From Spirochaetota bacterium (GTDB lineage Bacteria > Spirochaetota > UBA4802 > UBA5550), in the NCBI GenBank assembly GCA_963664815.2, contig CAXXHB010000003.1, forward strand, positions 448,001 to 512,000: 64,000 bases of DNA, written 5' to 3'. The notes under the pieces were generated by a model. That model saw only the letters and a list, made by a program, of their open reading frames with translations, did not search any database and was not told the origin of the DNA. The position numbers and the translations under genes are program-made. Each line of letters starts with the position of its first letter. Position 1 is the first letter of the stretch. Of this stretch, positions 49,080-58,173 are shown in pieces.

Positions 49080-49478
49080 ATGGATATCGATAGAAAAGTA
49101 ATGTATTGGATTAAAAGCGCTGAAAGCGATTTTGAAGCTTCGACAGCTCTTTTTAATAATGCCAGTTATCTGCAGATGGCTTTCTTCTGTCATCTTGCCG
49201 TAGAGAAATATTTAAAAGCATACCACTGGTATAAACTTCATACGGAACCGACTTATACCCATAATCTTTTAAAACTGTCAAAAGATAACGGTTTGTTTGA
49301 GTATTTGTCAAATGAGCAAAAGGAGTTTATGGCTGCACTCATCCCTTTGAATCTAAAAGGCAGGTATCCAGATGATCAGGACACAATATTATTGAATCTT
49401 ACATCAGCTGATTTTGAAGATATACTACATAAAACGAAGGAGCTCCTGGAATGGATCAGAAAGTATTTAACAGAGTGA
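49080..49478 (+). CDS. HEPN domain protein (toxin)
   Basis: FFCHLAVEKYLKA, THNL..L and GRYPD motifs. Confidence 0.9.
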   Translation: MDIDRKVMYWIKSAESDFEASTALFNNASYLQMAFFCHLAVEKYLKAYHWYKLHTEPTYTHNLLKLSKDNGLFEYLSNEQKEFMAALIPLNLKGRYPDDQDTILLNLTSADFEDILHKTKELLEWIRKYLTE

Positions 49479-49768
49479 AACTTTTCGCATCAAATATTCA
49501 GGCATTATTTCCGGTTAAAATGATTATACTATACGGTTCTTATGCCAGGGGCACAGAGCGTCCCGACAGTGATATTGATGTGGCTGTTGTAGTCAATGAG
49601 CTGAATGACAACTGGCTTAAGGTAAACAGTAAACTTTTTCTGATGTCATCAGATATAGATGATAAAATAGAACCAAACCTGATTATATGCAAAGATAATA
49701 AAAGTGAATTTCTGGAAAGCATTCTGAAATATGGAATTGTCATTTATGATGATTCAAAAGTTGCATAA
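49451..49768 (+). CDS. Minimal nucleotidyltransferase (MNT antitoxin)
   Basis: LYGSYARG....DSDIDV. Overlaps the HEPN gene. Confidence 0.92.
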   Translation: MDQKVFNRVKLFASNIQALFPVKMIILYGSYARGTERPDSDIDVAVVVNELNDNWLKVNSKLFLMSSDIDDKIEPNLIICKDNKSEFLESILKYGIVIYDDSKVA

Positions 49769-50054
49769 GCGACTTTTATCTCTAAAAAGAAGTACAGCTT
49801 TGTACATGATGCCTTAGATGCAGGTAAAATACATGTTTTTACATATAAAGTGCTGTCTGTATCCCCACTTCTCCCTTTTCAATATATCAGAGGGGAGAAG
49901 GGGGATAAGGGCGTTGAGTTAATTAACTGAATTTATAACAGTAAAAAGATAGGGAGCAGTATCGAAGGAGTATGCTATGTAGTACGGAGAGGGTACAGAT
50001 TGGCTTCAGAGCGGGTACAGGGTGGATACGGTTAGGATTGTTTAAGTTATAATA

Positions 50055-50390
50055 TCACAATTCCGTTTCAGAAAGCCGGGCCGGTCTGGTTTCCGGGGCT
50101 TTTTCATGTTTATGAGACTTCATATACTGTTTAATAAACAGATTGTGCCCGTGTATCCTCAGCTTGCGGGATTTTTTCCTGTATACCTGTTTTTCGTCCT
50201 CGCTTAAAAGCTTCCATGCGGCCATAGCCTCGGCGAAAAGCGACCTGTGGCAATGCTGGGCTTCTGTATCGGGGTTTGCCGGAACTACATATTTTCTTGA
50301 ACAGAGTTTGTCGCCCCACATGTAATATACAACATCTCCGTTGCGCCCCCCTATACCGTTGAGTAATGATGAAACCTTTCCTTTAGCCAT
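50055..50390 (-). CDS. Small basic hypothetical protein (DUF6266-like)
   Basis: GGAGG RBS, a G..G.VVYY...RKYVVPANP.TEAQ...R..F..A..AW pattern, K/R rich. Confidence 0.6.
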   Translation of the reverse strand: MAKGKVSSLLNGIGGRNGDVVYYMWGDKLCSRKYVVPANPDTEAQHCHRSLFAEAMAAWKLLSEDEKQVYRKKSRKLRIHGHNLFIKQYMKSHKHEKAPETRPARLSETEL

Positions 50391-50678
50391 ATGCCCCTCC
50401 CTACTGCCGTTATCTGCTTCGGCTGCAGATTTTCCCTTTTTTGCGGGAAGCTTTGTTGTATTTATTGTTTTATATACGATGCAAAAGAGTGGAAAATGAA
50501 AGATTTTTTTGTGTAATTACAAAATTAATGTTTAAGATCAATAAGGTATTTAAGTGCAATATACAACAAAAAAGTGCCAAATTGCGTCCAGAGAGGCATA
50601 ACTTACTTGACAGATGTTTATATATATGTTTGAATAAAAGCGCCGCACCCACGCGGCATTTTTCCACAGGAGACTTAA

Positions 50679-52301
50679 ATGCCTACACTTCACTGGATAG
50701 GAAAGGACAAGGTAGTAAACCATCACCAGGATGTCCCTTTTCGCATACTTGAACATAAATATGGATTTGCCGATGGAAGGGAATCGAAGAAAGAGACCGG
50801 CAGCGGTAATAAAATAATCCACGGCGATAATCTTGAAGCGCTGAAGACGTTGCTTCCTGAATACGAGGGACGCATAAAATGCATATACATAGACCCGCCC
50901 TACAATACAGGCAACGAAAGCTGGGTGTACAATGACAACGTAAATGACCCGCGCATAAAGAAGTGGCTCGGTGAGGTAGTGGGCAAAGAGGGTGAAGACC
51001 TTTCTCGTCACGACAAGTGGCTCTGCATGATGTACCCCAGAGTTAAACTTCTTCAAAAGCTTATGGCTAAAGATGGACTATTTATGATGAGTTTAGATGA
51101 TAATGAAGTAGCGAATGGTTTACTATTATTAAATGAAATTTTTGGTGCATCAAGTAAACTCGCTTGTGCTCCATGGCTTTCAGAACCGAGTGGAGGTAAA
51201 GAAAAGACAAGATTACGCGGTGGGCATGAATATATATTAATTTATCATAATGGAGATTCATCGTGTATAACACGAGAAGAAAGATCAACGGGTGAACTTA
51301 ATCAAAAAGATAAATGGGGAGTTTATCGTAAAGGGCGTGAATTGCGAAAATGGGGTGGTACTTCTTTAAGAAACGACAGAGAGAATCAATGGTTTGAACT
51401 TAAAACACCAAACGGAGTAAGTGTATTTCCTTATCGAAATGATGGTAAGGAAGGTCATTGGAGATGGGGTAAAGAACAAAAAATGAAACCTATTCTTCAA
51501 GATCCTGATGTTGCACATTGGGAGATGTGCCCTTATGATGAAGGTGTTGAAGTAGATGGTAAAAAAGAAAGATGGGTCCCATTTGAAAAAATCAGAGATG
51601 TGAAAAAGACAGTTGGATGGGGTACTTGGCTAGATAAAGTTGGATATAATTCAGATGGAACAAAAGTTTTAAAAGAGATATTTGGAGAAAAAACTTTTGA
51701 TACACCGAAACCTCCATCATTATTGGAATGGCTTATATCTTTACATCAAGATGATGATTTAATCATCCTCGACTCCTTTGCCGGAAGCGGCACCACTGCC
51801 CACGCTGTTCTTAACCTGAATAAAGAAGATGGCGGAAACCGTAAGTATATTCTCATTGAGATGGAGGACTATGCAGAGACTATTACAGCAGAGCGCGTTA
51901 AGCGCGTAATGAAGGGCTACAGTGATGTGACTGGTACAGGGGGTTCTTTCGATTACTATACTCTTGGCGAGCCACTCTTTGATGAGGACAAAAATATAAA
52001 TGAAAATCTCCCTGTGGAAAAGATACGGCAGTATGTCTATTACACGGAAACAGGTTTTCCTCTACACAAAACGAAGCATGATGACAATGAGTTTTTCCTT
52101 TCATTGTACGAAGGGGCAGCATACTACTTCTACTACAAAAAAGGTGAAACAACAGCGCTTGATTATGAGTTCCTTGCCACAATAAAGACACAAGCTGAGC
52201 TTTATGTTATATATGCTGACAACTGCCTGTTGCCTGATTCTTTTATGAAAGAGAAGAATATTATATTTAAAAAGATCCCCAGGGATGTGGCAAGGGTGTA
52301 A
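50679..52301 (+). CDS. mod: Type III restriction-modification methyltransferase (Mod)
   Basis: MPTLHWIGK, HGDNLEALK, YIDPPYNTG (motif IV), F.TPKP and DSFAGSGTTAHA (motif I), in beta-class order. Confidence 0.93.
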   Translation: MPTLHWIGKDKVVNHHQDVPFRILEHKYGFADGRESKKETGSGNKIIHGDNLEALKTLLPEYEGRIKCIYIDPPYNTGNESWVYNDNVNDPRIKKWLGEVVGKEGEDLSRHDKWLCMMYPRVKLLQKLMAKDGLFMMSLDDNEVANGLLLLNEIFGASSKLACAPWLSEPSGGKEKTRLRGGHEYILIYHNGDSSCITREERSTGELNQKDKWGVYRKGRELRKWGGTSLRNDRENQWFELKTPNGVSVFPYRNDGKEGHWRWGKEQKMKPILQDPDVAHWEMCPYDEGVEVDGKKERWVPFEKIRDVKKTVGWGTWLDKVGYNSDGTKVLKEIFGEKTFDTPKPPSLLEWLISLHQDDDLIILDSFAGSGTTAHAVLNLNKEDGGNRKYILIEMEDYAETITAERVKRVMKGYSDVTGTGGSFDYYTLGEPLFDEDKNINENLPVEKIRQYVYYTETGFPLHKTKHDDNEFFLSLYEGAAYYFYYKKGETTALDYEFLATIKTQAELYVIYADNCLLPDSFMKEKNIIFKKIPRDVARV

Positions 52302-52344
52302 ATTATGGCAATATGGTTATTAAAAAAGATTTCATGGAGGCTTT

Positions 52345-54522
52345 ATGACAGACAGAAACACAAATGAAATGAAGAGTATAAACTGTCATACAAATGATCT
52401 TTACCTTGATCCCAATAACTACAGGTTTATTGATAATAAAGATTATAGAAGAGTTTCAGAAAAAGATATCCATGCTGATACTATTCAGAAGAGGACAAAT
52501 TCTTTTTTAACGGGTAAAAACAATGAAAATATTCAGGATCTGATAACAAGTTATAAAGTAAACGGAATTCTCCCTGTAAATCAGATTCAGGTTAAGAGAG
52601 TAGAATTAAATACAACTGAAAGTTACTTTCTGGTACTGGAGGGTAACAGAAGGGTTGCTGCATTAAAATTTCTTTATTCTGAGTATAAAGAGAAAGGAAA
52701 TGACATAGGGAAGCTGACGGTAGAAGATTTTGAAAAAATTCCGGTAATTGAACATGCTGATGATTATGTGGTTAACCATATGATTGTAATGGGGCTCGAG
52801 CATATCGCCGGCAAGAAAAAATGGAGCCCGGTTAATCAGGCACAACTCATTGAAGATTTGATTAATCAGCATAATATGACAGAAGATGAAATATGTGATT
52901 CACTCGGGATAACAAAATATATCCTCCGCAGAACACGGAGGGCACTTGGCTTTGTAAACCGGTATAAGAGCAGCGATTACGGGGACCAGTTTACCAGCTC
53001 TATGTATTCAATCTTTGAAGAGATGATTAAAAGCCCTGATATTAAAAACTGGCTTGAGTGGGATGACAATGTAATGAGTCCCGGTAATTCTTCTAATGAA
53101 GAACGTTTTTTTTCATGGATTTCAAGAGAAGAAGAAATAGAAAGAGATGAAAATACCGGAGAAGAAATTTCAAGAAAAATAAAGGAGCCGATTATTACCA
53201 AATCTCAGGAAATACGGGATTTAGCTAAATATATCAAAGAACAATCAGCAATTGAAAGGATGGAAGAGCTGAGAAGTGTCACACAGGGATTTGCCTTCAG
53301 TGATGCTGTTGGTGAAAGTAAATTTAAAAATGCCATGGAAAATTTACAGCAGGATGTGGGGGTAGTTTTTAATTTTTCAGAACATATGAAACCGGATCAT
53401 ATTGAGGATATAAAAAAACTCAGAAATAAAATAGACAGATTGCTGCCGACATCAAACGGGAATATCACACCCTATGCGGGAACAGCTCCGATTTTTAGTA
53501 TTGAAATAAAAGGATTTTTAAAGCAGCTTCATATTAAGCGGTACAGGAGATTAATTGAACTTAAAATTAGTCACATCAACAGAATTAATATCTTTGCAGG
53601 TAAAAATAACAGCGGTAAAACTTCCATGCTTGAAGCTGTTTACCTGCTGTCTCAGCTGAATGATATTAATGCAATACTTGAACTTGAAAGATACAGGGGA
53701 AAATTCGGGGAATCCTTTAATCCAAAATGGCTTTCAAGAAATATTTCTGAAGAAATTGAAATTGATGCAGTTAACTGCGATGAAAAAGAAATATCATTAA
53801 CAATGACCCAGGAACAGACAACGGAGTATATTGATAAGTCAGCTTATATAACAACAATTATTGCAGATTCAGAAATAAACGGGAATTCGCTCCAGAGCAG
53901 TATAAATCTTTTTTCGAATAAGGAAGCAGAGGTCTTTTTTCAGAAAAGCAATGTACTCTGTTATTCAGCATTCACCAGTCCATACAGACATAATGACGCT
54001 CTTTTAAGAAGAGCTCACATGCTTGCAGTAAAGAATAAATTTATTGATGATATAATTAATTTTATCAGGGATTATATAGATCCGGAAATTGTACGAATTG
54101 AAATGGTGAATATTGAAGGCGAAAGCAGGTTCTATGTTCATTCCAAAATGTTTGCTGAAAGTATAGATATTACTAAATATGGAGAGGGAGTGCAGCGTAT
54201 TTTTGAAATAGCTCTTCTCTTCGGGTACTGCCAGAATGGGATTCTCTGCATTGATGAATTTGAAAGCGCTATCCATGCCGGACTGCTTAAAGAATTTTCT
54301 AAATTCGTCCAGCAACTGGCGGATCGTTATAATGTCCAGGTGTTTCTGTCAACTCACAGCAAAGAGTGTATTGATGCGTTTATAAACAATCAATATAAAA
54401 ACGATGAAATTACCGGATATACGTTGAGAGAAAAGCAGGATGGCTCGATAGAATGTAAATATGTTGATGGACTCAGGCTTGAAAGCCTCATAGAAAGTAT
54501 CAATTTTGATATGAGGGGCTGA
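52345..54522 (+). CDS. ParB/Srx-like domain fused to an ABC/AAA_15-type ATPase
   Basis: N-terminal LDPNNYRF and VLEGNRRVAALK (ParB G-x-R-R). C-terminal GKNNSGKTS (Walker A), YGEGVQR, LCIDEFESAIH (Walker B) and STHS. Confidence 0.85.
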   Translation: MTDRNTNEMKSINCHTNDLYLDPNNYRFIDNKDYRRVSEKDIHADTIQKRTNSFLTGKNNENIQDLITSYKVNGILPVNQIQVKRVELNTTESYFLVLEGNRRVAALKFLYSEYKEKGNDIGKLTVEDFEKIPVIEHADDYVVNHMIVMGLEHIAGKKKWSPVNQAQLIEDLINQHNMTEDEICDSLGITKYILRRTRRALGFVNRYKSSDYGDQFTSSMYSIFEEMIKSPDIKNWLEWDDNVMSPGNSSNEERFFSWISREEEIERDENTGEEISRKIKEPIITKSQEIRDLAKYIKEQSAIERMEELRSVTQGFAFSDAVGESKFKNAMENLQQDVGVVFNFSEHMKPDHIEDIKKLRNKIDRLLPTSNGNITPYAGTAPIFSIEIKGFLKQLHIKRYRRLIELKISHINRINIFAGKNNSGKTSMLEAVYLLSQLNDINAILELERYRGKFGESFNPKWLSRNISEEIEIDAVNCDEKEISLTMTQEQTTEYIDKSAYITTIIADSEINGNSLQSSINLFSNKEAEVFFQKSNVLCYSAFTSPYRHNDALLRRAHMLAVKNKFIDDIINFIRDYIDPEIVRIEMVNIEGESRFYVHSKMFAESIDITKYGEGVQRIFEIALLFGYCQNGILCIDEFESAIHAGLLKEFSKFVQQLADRYNVQVFLSTHSKECIDAFINNQYKNDEITGYTLREKQDGSIECKYVDGLRLESLIESINFDMRG

Positions 54523-54523
54523 T

Positions 54524-55390
54524 ATGAATAAAGTATCTTTTGTATTATGTGAGGGCCCTCATGATGTTGCTTTTTTATACAGAATTCTGAAAACAGAAGG
54601 GTATGTGAATTTTGGTTCTAAAATAGCAGATTTTCCTGCACCAATTAACAGGTATCTTTTAACTTCGTTATCCAGAATCAGTTTTGATGATTTGAGTATT
54701 GAAGAGGCAAGGAAACTCCCTTTGCCTTCTGAAGCAATGTATTATAATGATTCTTATCTTCTTTTGTTTGCCCTTGGCGGAGATTCAAAGAAAGGCGTCA
54801 GGCAGGAGATATTAAAAAAAATAAATTCACTGGTGGCTGTTTCTGATGATGCTATAAATCCTGGAGAGGGGATTGAGTTCTCTCTTTTATACTTTTTTGA
54901 TGCTGATGATAAAGGTGTCTCGAATCGGCTGGCTGGTTTAAAAAATGAAATAACTGAAGTTCTCGGTATAATTAATGATTCTGCTTTTTTTGAAACAAAT
55001 GGGGGCATAAGCAATATCAATGGTGTTAAATACGGAGCCTATATTTTTTCTTCATCTGAAGAGAAAGGAAAGCTTGAGAATATCCTTGTACCTTTGATGA
55101 AAAAGGATAATGAAACTTTGTTTGAAAAAGCAGATGAATATCTCAGCTTAAAAGATGAAAAACGTTTAAGGAAGCTGGAAATATCAAGTAATAATGGAGA
55201 ATTAACAGAAAACAGGGGCAAGAAATTAACATTCGATCCTATGAAATCACAAATCTGTATTGCTGGGCAATTGCAGAATTCAGGTAAATCTAATGTTGTC
55301 ATAATAAAGGATTGCGATTATATAACGATGGATAAAATTAAACAATCTGAAAAGTGCAATGAAATAATTGAGTTTTTCAGAAAGATATAG
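54524..55390 (+). CDS. TOPRIM-like protein (DUF3226-like), ATPase partner
   Basis: VLCEGPHD, FFDADD (DxD) and G.LE motifs. Starts 1 bp after the ATPase stop. Confidence 0.72.
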   Translation: MNKVSFVLCEGPHDVAFLYRILKTEGYVNFGSKIADFPAPINRYLLTSLSRISFDDLSIEEARKLPLPSEAMYYNDSYLLLFALGGDSKKGVRQEILKKINSLVAVSDDAINPGEGIEFSLLYFFDADDKGVSNRLAGLKNEITEVLGIINDSAFFETNGGISNINGVKYGAYIFSSSEEKGKLENILVPLMKKDNETLFEKADEYLSLKDEKRLRKLEISSNNGELTENRGKKLTFDPMKSQICIAGQLQNSGKSNVVIIKDCDYITMDKIKQSEKCNEIIEFFRKI

Positions 55391-55483
55391 AATCAGTTAG
55401 TTCCATTTTGGAACATGCTGAATAAATAGAAAAAACCAGTTATCCGGAATTTCAGGAATGCTGATTATATAAGGGTATAATAA

Positions 55484-58102
55484 ATGGAACTGAAACCATA
55501 TCAGAAGAAGGTGCTGACTGACCTTGAACAGTACCTTGAATATGTGCAGGCATATAAAAGAATTGATCAGGCTTTCAATGAATTCTGGAAAGATCGCGTT
55601 GGTGCATACAATCCCCTTTCCGGTGAGGGTATGGAACCATATAAAAATAATGTTCCGGGTGCGCCCAATGTATGCATAAAGGTTCCAACCGCAGGTGGCA
55701 AAACCTTTATAGCCGCCAATGCGCTTAAAGTAATTTTTGACGCTTTTAATTATGATAAAACAAAGGCTGTTGTGTGGCTTGTCCCTTCGGTAACAATCCT
55801 CGATCAGACGATAAAAAATCTATCTGATATAAGTCATCCATACAGGCAGAGGATAAATACTCATTTCGGCGGCAAGGTTGAAGTTTATACCAAGGATGCA
55901 CTTCTTCAGGGGGCGGGATTCAGCCCGGCTTCGGTTAATGAGCAGCTTTCAATACTTATACTCAGTTTTGATTCCCTCCGGAGCAGGAAAAAAGAGGACA
56001 GGAAGATATATCAGGAGAACGGCCAGCTAGCATCATTTGCAGAGTCAGGGGATACCTGGCATCTGCTTGAAAATACCGATGATACGGCACTGATAAATGT
56101 TATTCGTAAGCTGAATCCGGTAGTTATAGTTGATGAGAGTCATAACGCGGAGAGTGAACTCAGCGTGGAGATGCTGAAGAATCTCAATCCGTGCTTTATC
56201 CTTGACCTCACTGCGACACCGCGGAATAACAGCAATATTATAAGCTATGTAAACGCATTTGAACTAAAACGGGAGAATATGGTGAAACTCCCTGTTATTG
56301 TATATAACCATCATGATAAAACAGAGGTGGTGAACAGCGCCCTTCAGCTGCAGAGACGGCTTGAACTCCTTGCACAGAAAGAGGAGAAAAACGGCGGCAG
56401 GTATATACGCCCCATGGTGCTCTTTCAGGCACAGCCGCGTACAGGTGAAGATAATACTACATTTGAAAAACTGAAACAGAAGCTGGTTGAACTTCAGATT
56501 CCCGAAGAGCAGATAAAGATTAAAACGGCCGATATTAATGAACTTAAAAATATTGACCTGCATGACCGCAACTGTCCGGTGCGGTATATAATAACTGTAA
56601 ATGCCCTTAAAGAGGGATGGGACTGTCCATTCGCCTATATACTCGCTTCACTTGCGGACAGGTCATCGAACGTTGATGTGGAACAGATCCTCGGAAGGGT
56701 TCTTCGCCAGCCGTATGTTATAAAACACAGCGAGGCAATGCTTAACCTGTCGTATGTGCTCACTGCTTCGGTAAAATTTATGGATACTCTTCAGAATATT
56801 GTGCAGGGGCTTAACAGAGCCGGTTTCAGCAGTAAAGATTATAAGGTTGCCGACAGCCAGTTAACTGACATTAAGAAAACTGCGGAGTCTCCGGCGGAGC
56901 AGCTTACTCTTCAGTATGATGAAGAACAGAAAGTGGATTCATCAATAGATGAAATTGATACAGAAAGAATCACAGCTGCCTCTGAATCTGAAAAAGGGGA
57001 AGCGGACAGCGCTGTGTCTGAAATTGAAAAAACGGCAGTTCAGCAGGACAGGGAATACGAGAGGGCTGTGATGAAAACAAATGACAGCAGCATTGCTAAC
57101 CAGTATGGTGACAAAATCAAGACAGCCGTGGCGAAGGAGCATTTTATTGATGTTATAAAAGATGTGAAGATTCCGCAGTTTTTCCTTGAAGTGGGTGATA
57201 TGGGAATTTTTGGTACTGAAACATCTGTTCCTCTTTCAAGAGAGAGTCTTCTCAAGGATTTCCCCCTGAGTAAGGGTAATACAGAGATAAATTTTGATGA
57301 GGTATCAACTGATCTTTACAAGGTTGATCTTGAAAAGCGGAGTGAAGCAGATTATACTCCTGCTTTCATGAAACTTGATAAGTCTATAAGCCCCCAGATT
57401 CTTAAATTTATTCTTTCTGCCCCGAAAGAGCGGCAGGTTAAAGAGATAGCAGTAAGAATTGTTGAGATGATCGGTAATATGTGGCCTGTATCAGATGATG
57501 AATTATTCAAATATGTAAAAAGGGTTGTTGAAGATTTGAGCCCTGAACAGATTGTTGATCTTATGAACAGGGAATATACCTATAAAGACCGTATAAAAGA
57601 TAAGATACAGCTTCTAACCTCTGAATATGCTGAAAAGACGTTTAATAAATTTATTGATACTGATAAAATAAAAATCAAGGAATCATATAAAATACCGGAA
57701 GCTCAATATCCCGGTGATACAGAAGATTACGGGATTGCCAAATCTCTTTATGGGAAAGAGTTCAGGATGAATGAGTTTGAGAAGAGGGCCATTAATGATG
57801 TAGCTAATCTTGATAATATAATGTTGTGGACTAAGAATCCGGATAAAAAAGGTCTGCGGATTAATGGATTTATCAATCATTATCCTGATTTTATAGTTAT
57901 AACAAAATCCGGAAAAGTGCTTGTAATTGAAACAAAAGGTGATGACAGGGACAATACTGATACGATGCAGAAGATAAAGCTTGGTAAAACCTGGGCAAAT
58001 AAAGCAGGTGAAAAGTATAAGTACTTCATGATCTTTGATAAAAAAAGCATGGAAGGGGCTTATACTCTTTCTGATGCATTGAAGATAATTGCGGAATTGT
58101 AA
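55484..58102 (+). CDS. res: Type III restriction endonuclease (Res)
   Basis: LKPYQ, VPTAGGKT, DESH, LTATP, LKEGWD, QILGRVLR and a C-terminal YPDF...ETKG PD-(D/E)xK motif. Confidence 0.93.
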   Translation: MELKPYQKKVLTDLEQYLEYVQAYKRIDQAFNEFWKDRVGAYNPLSGEGMEPYKNNVPGAPNVCIKVPTAGGKTFIAANALKVIFDAFNYDKTKAVVWLVPSVTILDQTIKNLSDISHPYRQRINTHFGGKVEVYTKDALLQGAGFSPASVNEQLSILILSFDSLRSRKKEDRKIYQENGQLASFAESGDTWHLLENTDDTALINVIRKLNPVVIVDESHNAESELSVEMLKNLNPCFILDLTATPRNNSNIISYVNAFELKRENMVKLPVIVYNHHDKTEVVNSALQLQRRLELLAQKEEKNGGRYIRPMVLFQAQPRTGEDNTTFEKLKQKLVELQIPEEQIKIKTADINELKNIDLHDRNCPVRYIITVNALKEGWDCPFAYILASLADRSSNVDVEQILGRVLRQPYVIKHSEAMLNLSYVLTASVKFMDTLQNIVQGLNRAGFSSKDYKVADSQLTDIKKTAESPAEQLTLQYDEEQKVDSSIDEIDTERITAASESEKGEADSAVSEIEKTAVQQDREYERAVMKTNDSSIANQYGDKIKTAVAKEHFIDVIKDVKIPQFFLEVGDMGIFGTETSVPLSRESLLKDFPLSKGNTEINFDEVSTDLYKVDLEKRSEADYTPAFMKLDKSISPQILKFILSAPKERQVKEIAVRIVEMIGNMWPVSDDELFKYVKRVVEDLSPEQIVDLMNREYTYKDRIKDKIQLLTSEYAEKTFNKFIDTDKIKIKESYKIPEAQYPGDTEDYGIAKSLYGKEFRMNEFEKRAINDVANLDNIMLWTKNPDKKGLRINGFINHYPDFIVITKSGKVLVIETKGDDRDNTDTMQKIKLGKTWANKAGEKYKYFMIFDKKSMEGAYTLSDALKIIAEL

Positions 58103-58173
58103 AAATAAAAACTTACGGCAGAATATTAAACAAAATTATTAATAATATACTCTGCAGACTATAACTTATATTT

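Noticed and set aside
52345-53400. Chromosome or plasmid partition ParB
   Set aside because: It is fused to an ABC-type ATPase inside an RM operon, and no ParA or parS is seen.
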